Below are positions 55,857 through 64,000 of a stretch of DNA of 64,000 nt, in pieces. Position 1 is the stretch's first letter; each line of letters opens with the position of its first letter. The notes below the pieces were generated by a model. That model did not search any database and had not been told where the DNA came from. It saw nothing but the letters and a program-made list of their open reading frames with translations. A program made the translations under genes and the position numbers. Source of the stretch: Candidatus Poseidoniales archaeon (GTDB lineage: Archaea > Thermoplasmatota > Poseidoniia > Poseidoniales > Poseidoniaceae); assembly GCA_019651595.1 (NCBI GenBank), contig BOYQ01000006.1, positions 44,044 through 108,043 of the forward strand. The letters are read 5' to 3'.

Positions 55857-57350
55857 ATGGAAGCCTACGAGGAGTTCATTCAACGCGTTCAAGACATTCA
55901 CCGCCTCGGTGCGCTTCAGGGCCACTTGGGCTGGGACCAAGAGGTCCTGATGCCGGCCAAAGGCGCTGCTTCACGCGGCGAGATGATGGCCTGGCTCGCC
56001 GGTAAGCGCCACGAGCAATTGACGGATGCCCGGATGGGAGCACTGCTGACCGAGCTGGAAGCCGAAGACCTCGACGTCGACCAGGCCGCCAACGTTCGTG
56101 AGATGCGACGAAGCCACGATCAGGCCGTTCGGCTGCCGAAATCCTTCGTTGAAGCCTTTGCGCAGGCACGGTCCGAGGCGTTGGTGGCGTGGCAGTCCGC
56201 CCGTGAGGCTTCTGATTTTTCGGCGTTCAAGCCGGCGCTCTCAAACCTCATTGACATGACCAAAGAGAAAATTCAGCTTCTCGGCGTTTCGTCGACGCCG
56301 TACGATGTGCTTCTGGACGAATATGAAGTGGGCATGACCGTGGAGGACTACGACCCGCTCTTTGCGGGCCTGCGTGAGCGCTTCGTGCCCCTCCTTCAGG
56401 CCATCACCAAGGCCCAGGACGGCACCGATGAACCGTCCATCCCCGAAGGCGTGGTGTTTTCCGTTGAGGCTCAGAAGGCCTTCTGCGAGGCGGTGTCCAA
56501 TCACATGGGCTTTGACTTTGAAGCCGGCCGAATGGACGCCTCCACCCACCCGTTTTCCGCAGGTCTGTGGCCGGGCGACACGCGTTTCACCACACGTTTT
56601 GACGAGAAGGACCCGTTCTCTTGCCTCTACGCCGTCATGCACGAAACCGGCCACGCCCTGTACGAACAGGGGCTTGACCACGCCCATCGATTCACCCCTC
56701 GTGGAGCAGCCGTTTCGCTTGGCGTGCATGAATCCCAGAGCCGGTTTTGGGAAAATCAGATCGGTCGAACGCCGGCGTTTTGGAAAGTCGTGCTTCCTTG
56801 GTTCCGTTCTGCGTTTCCCGATGCACCCGAGTTCGACGAGCACAACCTGAACCGCTTGGCCAACCGGGTTGAGAAAGGCTTCATTCGCGTCGAGGCTGAC
56901 GAAGTTACGTACAACTTACATGTGATGCTCCGCTATGAAATTGAGAAGCAATTGTTCAACGGCGATCTCGATGTGGACGACCTTCCATCGGCTTGGAACA
57001 CCATGTTCAAAGCGTGGTTTGACGTTGATGTTCCCGAAGACCGGCTGGGGTGCCTGCAAGACATTCACTGGTCGATGGGCGCGTTCGGCTACTTCCCAAC
57101 CTACACGCTTGGAAACCTGTACGCTGCTCAACTGCTCGAGGCAATGGCGGCAGACCTGGGCGACATCGACGAGTTGGTCGCTTCCGGCGACTGGGAGCCG
57201 ATGTTGGCTTGGTTGCGCCCCCGAATTCACGAGCGGGGCAGCCAGGTCTCGCCGGCTCAACTCATCGAGGACGCTACGGGTTCTCCGCCCAGTCCCGAAC
57301 CGTTCCTGCGCTACGTTGAACGAAAGTACGGCGAACTCTACCAGCTCTAA
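55857..57350 (+). CDS. carboxypeptidase Taq-type (M32) metallopeptidase
   Basis: HETGHALYEQG (HExxH), HESQSRFWEN, DIHWSMGAFGYFPTYTLGN. Confidence 0.9.
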   Translation: MEAYEEFIQRVQDIHRLGALQGHLGWDQEVLMPAKGAASRGEMMAWLAGKRHEQLTDARMGALLTELEAEDLDVDQAANVREMRRSHDQAVRLPKSFVEAFAQARSEALVAWQSAREASDFSAFKPALSNLIDMTKEKIQLLGVSSTPYDVLLDEYEVGMTVEDYDPLFAGLRERFVPLLQAITKAQDGTDEPSIPEGVVFSVEAQKAFCEAVSNHMGFDFEAGRMDASTHPFSAGLWPGDTRFTTRFDEKDPFSCLYAVMHETGHALYEQGLDHAHRFTPRGAAVSLGVHESQSRFWENQIGRTPAFWKVVLPWFRSAFPDAPEFDEHNLNRLANRVEKGFIRVEADEVTYNLHVMLRYEIEKQLFNGDLDVDDLPSAWNTMFKAWFDVDVPEDRLGCLQDIHWSMGAFGYFPTYTLGNLYAAQLLEAMAADLGDIDELVASGDWEPMLAWLRPRIHERGSQVSPAQLIEDATGSPPSPEPFLRYVERKYGELYQL

Positions 57351-58759
57351 GACCACGGGGTCATGACCAGGGGGCTGCCCACCGAACCGGGTTCCACCAA
57401 CAAGCGCCCTTTCGGTCCCGTTTCGGGTGAGCGCTCAAAGACCGGCGTCCCGGCCACGACCGTCACTTGTGTCCAACCAACGAGTTCACGCCCGTTGAAG
57501 GGGCTCCATCCCACACGAGTCCACGTGTGCTCGTCGGCGACCGCATGGCGTTGGTCCATGTCGACCAAGATGACATCGCCGTCCATCCCCTCCTCAAGGC
57601 GGCCTTTCCCGACCATGTTGAAACAGTCTGCAACGTTGGTTGACATCCACTTCACCACGTCCTCAATGCTGCACGTGCCGTCCTTGGCATGCGTCAACAT
57701 CACGGCGAGGGAGGTTTCCACGCCCGGCATGCCGCTCGGCGCAGCGGGGAACCCGAGCGCTTTGGCCTCCAGCGTGTGCGGTGCGTGGTCGGTGGCGATG
57801 CACTGGACGGTTCCCTGTTTGAGTTGTTTCCACAAGGTCGCCCGGTCCTTTGCGTAGCGAATGGGTGGGTTCATTTTCAGCCGCGTCCCTTCTCGCTCAA
57901 CATCGGTTTCGTCGAACGTGAGGTGCTGGGGAAGCGTCTCGGTGGTGATGATGGCTCCCTCACCGGCAGCGCTTGAAGGGAGAACCGTGATGCCTTCCAG
58001 CCAGTCGGCTTCAATGCCGCTGGTGAGGTGAAGCACGTGCAATCGATGGCCTGAGGCTTGGGCGAGTTCAACCGCCAGTTGGGTGGCGATGAGCGCCGTA
58101 ACGTCGTCGCGCCATTCAGCGTGAGCGGCCATGTCGGTTCGGCCCTCGATCATCACCGCCCGCTCATCCATTCGCTTCTCGTCTTCAGCATGGACGGCAA
58201 TCAGGCCGCCCGTCCCGTTGAAAATCCGCTCGAGCGCGTCGCGTTCGTTGACCAGCAGCGTGCCCGTCGACGAGCCCATGAAGATCTTGATGCCGCAAAT
58301 ACCCGGAATGGCAAGGGGTGCATCGGGCGTTCCGACGGCCTCTTGGAGGTCGCTCACGTTGTCGGGCGTTGCGCCGATGAAGAAGCCGTAGTTGTTCACG
58401 CACTTTTCCGAGGCGGTCTGGAGTTTGGACATCATGCCCTCCAAGGTCGTGATGGAGGGTTTGTTGTTGGGCATGTCCAGGAACGAGGTTATGCCGCCGC
58501 TCACGGCCGCCGCAGAGCCCGAACCGAGGTCTTCCTTCTCAGGCTGGCCGGGGTCCCTGAAGTGGACCTGTGGGTCGATCACACCGGGCATCAAGATGAA
58601 GCCCCGTGCCGTCGATGAACAACTCGTCATCCAGTGGGAGCGAGGGTTCTACCGAGGGCGATGGTTTCGATGATGCCGTTTCGAATTCTCAAGTCACCGA
58701 CGCCCGTTTCATTGGGGCAGGACCATCGTTGCGCCGTGAATCAGGATGTTGCCGTTCAT
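57347..58759 (-). CDS. pyrC: dihydroorotase (amidohydrolase superfamily), about 3 frame changes in the first 60 codons
   Basis: MPGVIDPQVHFRDPG, ...DHAPH.... The N-terminus MNGNILIHGATMVLP... / ...IRNGIIETI... / ...DDELFIDGTG is only readable by switching frames at G/C runs (about 58714, 58630, 58602). Confidence 0.8.
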
Positions 58760-58824
58760 GTTGCTCTCTCAGAGGTCTGGAGCCGAATTCAGCACATGAA
58801 CATGATGCGAGGCAAGCACGGTGG

Positions 58825-59407
58825 TCATCGTCGTGCGGCAGGCGGACGGAAGGCATCGCACACGGCGGCGTCCATGTCCATGTAGGGACCGTTCATGAGG
58901 TCAATACAGTAGGGCACCGCCTTCCACAATTCATCGATGGTTTCCCGGATGGACTTCGGGCGACCGGGGAGGTTGAAGATGAGGCTTTGTCCTCGCAACC
59001 CACCGACCTGTCGGGAGAGGATGGCGGTGGGTACGTACTTCAGCGAAATGGCCCGCATTTGTTCGCCAAAACCCGGCATCATTCGATCGCACACCGCCTC
59101 GGTGGCCTCGGGCGTAATGTCCCTCGGGGCTGGTCCGGTGCCGCCCGTGGTGACGACCACGCTGCATTGCTCTTGGTCGGCGAGTTCGATGAGCGCTGCT
59201 TCCACGGCGTCTCGTTCGTCCGGCACGCAACGATAGATGGCCGTCCACGGACTCTTGATGGCGTCCTGGAAAAAAAGCAAGGATGGCAGGTCCTCCCTCG
59301 TCGACGTATTCGCCACGGCTGGCACGGTCGCTGACCGTGACAATGCCGAGTCGGACGGGGTCACCGACGTGGCCCTCGCGACCGGGAAACGACGTGGTGG
59401 TCTCCAT
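58825..59407 (-). CDS. mogA: molybdopterin adenylyltransferase MogA/MoaB family, one frame change at the A7/T7 run 59270-59276
   Basis: VRLGIVTVSDRASRGEYVDEGGPAILAFF|QDAIKSPW..., VVVTTGGTGPAPRDITPEAT, MPGFGEQMRAISLKYVPTAILSRQ, NLPGRPKSI. It aligns with E. coli MogA as I recall it. Confidence 0.8.
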
Positions 59408-59415
59408 GACATCAC

Positions 59416-60948
59416 CTACTGATCGCCGTACTTGGCGATGATGTCAGCGTGGAAGTTGTCCAGCAGGGTGTCCTCAAACAATTCGGTTTGACGACGCATC
59501 TTGGTCGAACGAATGTGAAGAACGGCCATCAAGATGAACACACCGATGACCAGAGGAATGAAGACTTCAAGCTTGTACTGGTGCATGAATTTCACAATGC
59601 CCTCTGCGGTGTAGGCCCAGGTGACCGAAGCGATGGAGCCGCCGATGAGGGTGGCAAGAAGCACACGCATGAACTGCATGCGGGACAGAAGGCCGAGCAT
59701 GGCACCGACCAACACGCCGGAGGCCATGAACGGAATCCAAACGAAGAAGATCAGGCCCCAGAATCCCCACTTGTTGATCATTTCACGCTTCTCGTTGGCC
59801 ATGTATTCCACGGTTGAGAGCGTGTCGCCGAGGAATTTTGTCTGCAAAACGCGGCCGCCAAGGCCGTCCTGCTTGGCAACGGCCACGATGCGCTCGTCGT
59901 CGGTTTGCGAACGGCGTTCAACACGGCCGGCACCGGAGCGGTCGGCCAGTGTTGACACTTCGTTCCGCGTCTTGACGACCAGTTCCTGTGCACCGAGGAG
60001 GTCTTCGTTTCGCTCGTGGATGAAACGGTAGAGTTCGTCCTTGATCTGCGTCGAGGTTTTGTTGAATCGCAACCACGCAAAGCGCTGCGTCGGCCGGAAA
60101 AGAACGGAAACGAAGACCACACGGTCGTCGCTGGTGACGACGGCGCCTGTCATTTCAACGTCGGACCGTCGGGTGAAAAACAAGTCAAGGCTGTCCCGAA
60201 CATCGTCTTCGATGCGGGAAAGCGAGTGAAGTTCGGAGAAGAAACTGGAGTAGTCCTGTTGCTCAACGCTGAGGTCGGCTTCCTCTCCGCGGGCACCGAT
60301 GCCAACGCCCGAGTCAAAGTCAATGTTCGCACCGTCGCCGATCGCTCTCACGTTGAGTTGAACCGGTTTGTAGACACGGAAGATGGCGAACTCCTCCAGC
60401 AGGTTGCGCAGGAGTTCAGCGCGAACTTCTGCACCGTCAGACAGCGTGTTTTCGGTGTTTTTGTAGGCGACCATGATGTCGATGGAGAGCTCCCGAACTT
60501 CGGTTTTGAACAGGTCGGGGTCCACGTCGATGGAGAGCTGTTCGCTCACCTTGTAGACGGTGTCCTCGACCAGTCGGTTGATGTGGGCGCGGGACAGAAT
60601 GTCGTCCGCTTCTTGGTGGTAGATTTTGTACATCACGGGGTAGATGATGAGGAGCGTGATGAGGGAGAGCGAGAGCGAGATGAACGCCATCCACCAAGCA
60701 GGAATGCCTGCGGCACCACCGGTGAGCATGGCCGTTTCACGTCCGCCACCCAATTCTGCTCCCATCAAGATGTAGCCCCAATCGCCGAGGTCTTGCACCG
60801 TCCAGCACGATCGAGGACCAGCATCTTCGATGCGAACATCGGAGTGCTCGTCATCGTTCACGAACGGCAGGAAGGCCAAGGCTTCCTGCGTGATTTCATG
60901 CTCAAATTCAACGCTCTTCGACATGGTGTCCATGACCACGGTCGACAA
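59416..60948 (-). CDS. membrane protein: unknown about 300-aa domain fused to a C-terminal 'small multidrug export'-like (COG2426/PF06695-like) 4-TM module
   Basis: The C-terminal WGFWGLIFFVWIPFMASGVLVGAMLGLL... resembles Sm_multidrug_ex. Lower GC: about 51% over 59420-59619 by hand count. Confidence 0.55.
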   Translation of the reverse strand: MSTVVMDTMSKSVEFEHEITQEALAFLPFVNDDEHSDVRIEDAGPRSCWTVQDLGDWGYILMGAELGGGRETAMLTGGAAGIPAWWMAFISLSLSLITLLIIYPVMYKIYHQEADDILSRAHINRLVEDTVYKVSEQLSIDVDPDLFKTEVRELSIDIMVAYKNTENTLSDGAEVRAELLRNLLEEFAIFRVYKPVQLNVRAIGDGANIDFDSGVGIGARGEEADLSVEQQDYSSFFSELHSLSRIEDDVRDSLDLFFTRRSDVEMTGAVVTSDDRVVFVSVLFRPTQRFAWLRFNKTSTQIKDELYRFIHERNEDLLGAQELVVKTRNEVSTLADRSGAGRVERRSQTDDERIVAVAKQDGLGGRVLQTKFLGDTLSTVEYMANEKREMINKWGFWGLIFFVWIPFMASGVLVGAMLGLLSRMQFMRVLLATLIGGSIASVTWAYTAEGIVKFMHQYKLEVFIPLVIGVFILMAVLHIRSTKMRRQTELFEDTLLDNFHADIIAKYGDQ

Positions 60949-61537
60949 GGTGGTCGCGCTCTTCGTACACGGTCACCTTGAACTCAAGTTCGTAGTGGCC
61001 TTCCGGCAGTTCAGAATACGGGGCCTTGAAGAACGCTCGCCCGTTACTCCGGTCGGCTTTGTTGATGGTGCGTACCGTTTCGTTCGAACCGTAGGCTTCC
61101 TCCACCACGCCTTTCGTTTCTTCGTTGACGTGGGAGAAGAACGTGTAGTTGAGGTAGGCTTCACCGTTGGGCAGGTTGTGCCCCGCGATGGAAAACAACT
61201 CTTGGTCGGGGTCGGGGAAAATGTTGAGCCAGGGCTCATCGGTGATCTCGGTGCATTCATCGCCGATGTCGAGGAAGGTGGTGGAGGCGGTGTGGTCGAG
61301 CGTGGTGGAGTTGCCCAGCATGCCCGCTGACATGGAAAACAGCAGCAGGGCGAACAGGATGCCGTAAGCAACGCCGCCCAAGAGGACGAAATCCTCAATT
61401 TTTGAGAGGAACATGCGTCCACCGCCTTGGCGACGTTGCCGAATTTCCTGCAGTTCCTTGCTCTCACGGTCCTTGGCTTTGGCGTGCTCGTCATGCGAGT
61501 CGTTGGCGTCGGATGCGGAGCCCTCGTCCTTCGCCAT
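60908..61537 (-). CDS. hypothetical N-terminally anchored protein
   Basis: Charged N-terminus, one TM helix (FVLLGGVAYGILFALLLFSM) and an extracytoplasmic domain of about 130 aa. Its 3' end overlaps the downstream ORF by about 40 nt. Confidence 0.5.
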   Translation of the reverse strand: MAKDEGSASDANDSHDEHAKAKDRESKELQEIRQRRQGGGRMFLSKIEDFVLLGGVAYGILFALLLFSMSAGMLGNSTTLDHTASTTFLDIGDECTEITDEPWLNIFPDPDQELFSIAGHNLPNGEAYLNYTFFSHVNEETKGVVEEAYGSNETVRTINKADRSNGRAFFKAPYSELPEGHYELEFKVTVYEERDHLVDRGHGHHVEER

Positions 61538-61610
61538 GAAGTTCCATACCCGCTCCAGTTCAAGAATCCTTTTCCGAAGTAGATTGACGACTCACGAGCC
61601 ATGCTACCCA

Positions 61611-61620
61611 TTCTATAGAA
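61611..61620. repeat. palindrome TTCTATAGAA (copy 4, intergenic; 12-nt palindrome ATTCTATAGAAT)
   Basis: Exact 10-mer, 43 nt beyond the tRNA-Phe 3' end and about 75 nt upstream of the 61537 start. Confidence 0.9.
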
Positions 61621-61662
61621 TCTTTTCGCGACCGGCTGCTTCGCTGTTTTGGCGCACACGGT

Positions 61663-61738
61663 TGGTGGGTCAGGCCGGACTTGAACCAGCGACCTCGGCA
61701 TCTTCAGTGCCGCGCTCTCCCAACTAAGCTACTGACCC
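61663..61738 (-). tRNA. tRNA-Phe: tRNA-Phe (anticodon GAA), CCA encoded
   Basis: Minus strand: GGGTCAG-TA-GCTT-AGTTGGGA-GAGC-G-CGGCA-CTGAAGA-TGCCG-AGGTC-GCTGG-TTCAAGT-CCGGC-CTGACCC-A-CCA. Clean cloverleaf, 76 nt. The D-loop/anticodon arm closely resembles eukaryal/archaeal tRNA-Phe. Confidence 0.9.
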
Positions 61739-61827
61739 GTGCAAGGTTGGCCAACGCCCTCGCCATATCAAGCCTTCCGCTCACGAAGCCAGCGCGACCG
61801 AATCGGCCGGTTTGGACGACCGGTGCC

Positions 61828-62652
61828 TCACTCAGCGCCATTGAGGGCTTCCTTTTGGAAGGCAAACAGAACGTCCAGACCGACGTCGGCGCCCTTCAGC
61901 AAGGCCGCCAACTCGTCAGCGGAGAAGGTGGATTCTTCGCCGGTTCCCTGAACTTCGACGTACTTGCCGTCGCTGGTCTTGATCACGTTCATGTCCACGT
62001 CAGCGTTGGAATCGAGCACGTAATCAAGGTCGAGGTAGACCTCTCCGTCGATCAGGCCGACGGAAACGGCCGCCAAATCGTGCGGTATGACCGTGTTTTC
62101 GTGGTTCTCACGCTCGAGGGCGTCCAAGGTTGGCGGCGTCCAACCCTCCTTTCGCTCCTCAGGGGTTGGTCGCAGGTCAACGGGCAGGCACACGCCTTGA
62201 GCGATGAGTCGGCGGACGGCGAGACGCAAGGCGATGTTGGCCGCCGTGATGGAGGCGCAGCGGGTGCCGCCGTCGGCGTTGAGGATGTCGCAGTCCACGT
62301 TGAGGGCAATGGGGCCGAGCGCTTCCAAGTCAACGGCGGCACGGAGCGAACGGGCAATGAGGCGCTCAATTTCCTGCGTTCGACCTTTCGCACCACGGCG
62401 CTCACGGCGGAAGCGAGAATCGGTGGAGCCGGGAAGCAGGGAGTACTCTGCGTGAACCCATCCCTTGGTGGCGTCGCGTGGGAACCAGCCGGGGAGGCGT
62501 GCTTCCTTGGTGCAACAGGCTAGAACCACGGTATCGCCTTGCTTGTAGAGCACGGAAGCGAGGGCGTTGGGCGTAAAGTCCAGCGTCACTTCGGGCGTTC
62601 GCATTTCGTCGTTGGCTCGAGAGACGTTCAGGTCGGTTTTGAATTTCGCCAT
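61828..62652 (-). CDS. rph: ribonuclease PH (bacterial type) with an insertion of about 30 aa
   Basis: GRTQEIERLIARSLRAAVDLEALG, DCDILNADGGTRCASIT, DMNVIKTSDGKYVEVQGTGEE. Start chosen at MAKFKTD (62652). Confidence 0.85.
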   Translation of the reverse strand: MAKFKTDLNVSRANDEMRTPEVTLDFTPNALASVLYKQGDTVVLACCTKEARLPGWFPRDATKGWVHAEYSLLPGSTDSRFRRERRGAKGRTQEIERLIARSLRAAVDLEALGPIALNVDCDILNADGGTRCASITAANIALRLAVRRLIAQGVCLPVDLRPTPEERKEGWTPPTLDALERENHENTVIPHDLAAVSVGLIDGEVYLDLDYVLDSNADVDMNVIKTSDGKYVEVQGTGEESTFSADELAALLKGADVGLDVLFAFQKEALNGAE

Positions 62653-62745
62653 GGCCCGGGCTACGGTGCGGGCTTCATCAAGCCTTCTCAAGCGCCAAAC
62701 GGCGGCACGGGCAGGTTGAAAGTGTGGCTTCCGTTACATGCCATC

Positions 62746-63937
62746 ATGGCTCAACCCCAAGCCGTGATTTGTGCCGTCGCACGGACCCCCATCGGGAAGT
62801 TCATGGGGGCCTATTCGTCCATGACGGCGGTTGATTTGGGCGTGGCCACCGTCAAGGAATTGCTCAATCGAGCAAAGATTGACCCCGCCTCTGGCCTCGT
62901 CGACGAGGTGCTGTTCGGCCAGGTTCTCCAGGCGGGGTTGGTCAAACCCAGCGCGCCAAGTTGCGCTTGGAGCCGGCCTTCCGGTCTCGACGCCTTGTGC
63001 CACCGTCAACAAGGTCTGCGGCTCGTCCCTCAAAGCCGCCATGATGGCGGCCAACAGCATCCGGGCGGGCGAATACAAGGTGATCGTTGCCGGTGGTATG
63101 GAAAGCATGACCAACGCCCCGCAATTGCTGATGGGCCAGCGAAAAGGTGCCAAGATGGGCGATTCAAAGCTGGTTGATTCGATGATTCACGACGGGCTTT
63201 GGGACGTCTACAACGACGTTCACATGGGCACCACCGGCGAGACCGTTGCACAGGAGTGCAACATCGACCGCAAACCATGGACGCTTTCGCAGCTCGAAGT
63301 CAACAACGCCGCTGAGGCATGGGCCAACGGCTGGTTTGACTGGGAAACCTTCCCCGTTGCCATCCCGCAGCGACGGGGCGCTGACTTGGTGTTGACCACC
63401 GATGAAGGCGTTCGAGGCGAAACCACGGCTGAGTCGTTGGCCGGTCTGCGCCCGGTGTTTGACCGTGAAGGAACCGTGACCGCTGGAAACGCCAGCACGC
63501 TCAACGACGGCGCCAGCGCCGTCCTCGTTGCTGAGGCTGAATTCGCGAAGGCTCAGGGGTGGGACATCCTCGCCACCATCGTGGATTATTGCACTTCGGG
63601 CGTCGAGCCCGCCCGCGTCATGAGCGCTCCCATCCCCGCCGTCAAATCGCTTCTCGAGCGAAACAACCTCGATGTGCTCGACGTTGATGTTTACGAACAC
63701 AACGAGGCTTTTGCCTCCGCCTCATGCGCCGTTGCGCAAGAAGTCGGGATACCCGAAGACCGGTTCAACCTGCACGGCGGTGCCGTGAGCATGGGTCATC
63801 CTCTTGGTGCCAGCGGCACGCGGTGCCTGATCACCATGTTAGGGGTCATGCGACGCCTTGAGGCCAACTCCGGCATCGTCACCCTGTGCCTCGGCGGTGG
63901 AAACGCCGTCGCCATGTACGTCCGGCGCGAAGTGTAA
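62746..63937 (+). CDS. acetyl-CoA C-acetyltransferase (thiolase II), frame change near 62935-62950
   Basis: MAQPQAVICAVARTPIGKF..., VNKVCGSSLKAAMMAANSI, NEAFA, GGAVSMGHPLGASGTR, CLGGGNAVAM. The expected QAGLGQNPARQ junction is disrupted at G/A runs. Confidence 0.85.
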
Positions 63938-63945
63938 GTTCTTCT

Positions 63946-64000
63946 TTACTCAAGCAGCTTGAGGACGTTTTCAGGTGGTCGACCGATGACAGCTTGACCG
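63946..64000 (-). CDS. 3' end of an unidentified CDS (partial at window edge)
   Basis: The minus strand reads ...GQAVIGRPPENVLKLLE* with the stop at 63946-63948. Too short to assign. Confidence 0.2.
   Translation of the reverse strand, partial: GQAVIGRPPENVLKLLE

Noticed and set aside
11884-61620. TTCTATAGAA as vector/SP6-promoter contamination (SP6 ends ...CACTATAGAA) or a transposon-sequencing scar
   Set aside because: Only 8 nt match SP6. The flanks are native in-frame coding sequence with intact ORFs. No mosaic-end or target-duplication signature is present.
59416-61738. Integrated mobile element or prophage at tRNA-Phe
   Set aside because: I could see no integrase, recombinase, phage genes or att-like duplication of the tRNA 3' end. 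Only the lower GC and the palindrome remain; these are kept as a low-to-moderate-interest finding.

Overview
64-kb, roughly 60% GC, very tightly packed fragment with many 0-20 nt gaps and ATGA/GTGA overlaps. It reads like an uncultured marine euryarchaeon (MG-II/Poseidoniales-like). That is an inference from an archaeal/eukaryal-type tRNA-Phe, a TrmB-family regulator, Trm5/Taw2, class II photolyase, aldehyde:ferredoxin oxidoreductase and TATA-box/leaderless-looking starts. These are mixed with bacterial-type rph, uvrC, gpmA, ribA and mogA. I support about 50 CDS and one tRNA. I saw no rRNA, CRISPR array, transposase or integrase. Four themes dominate. (1) Very large secreted or membrane-anchored proteins: a beta-helix/PKD protein, an 838-aa thrombospondin-type-3 (TSP3) repeat protein, a 2110-aa FG-GAP + TSP3 protein, and two Asp-box lipoproteins. 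(2) Peptidases of families S15, M29 and M32. (3) A bidirectional island, ribA-bcp-trmB-ubiB-crtI-crtB diverging from nudix-phr-SRPBCC::yfcH. (4) Housekeeping genes: uvrC, pyrC, mogA, rph, thiolase, thiamine pyrophosphokinase (TPK) and Trm5. Data quality matters throughout. Three blocks (about 13040-13505, 15320-16350, 26285-28450) are homopolymer-stuttered low-quality sequence, and at least 13 otherwise recognisable genes carry frameshifts, mostly at mononucleotide runs. I treat these as probable sequencing errors, not biology. The most interesting leads are as follows. Two adjacent gene pairs combine a C-terminal Trp-rich WW/DUF2510-like module with a proline-motif cytoplasmic tail, next to integrin-like and thrombospondin-like surface proteins. 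The AT-rich palindrome TTCTATAGAA occurs four times exactly, far above chance. The 10-kb photoprotection/UV-repair island contains an embedded TrmB::V4R-like regulator. A wHTH-NB-ARC-TPR STAND ATPase sits beside two stand-alone RAM-domain proteins. All family assignments are motif recognition by eye; no database search was run.
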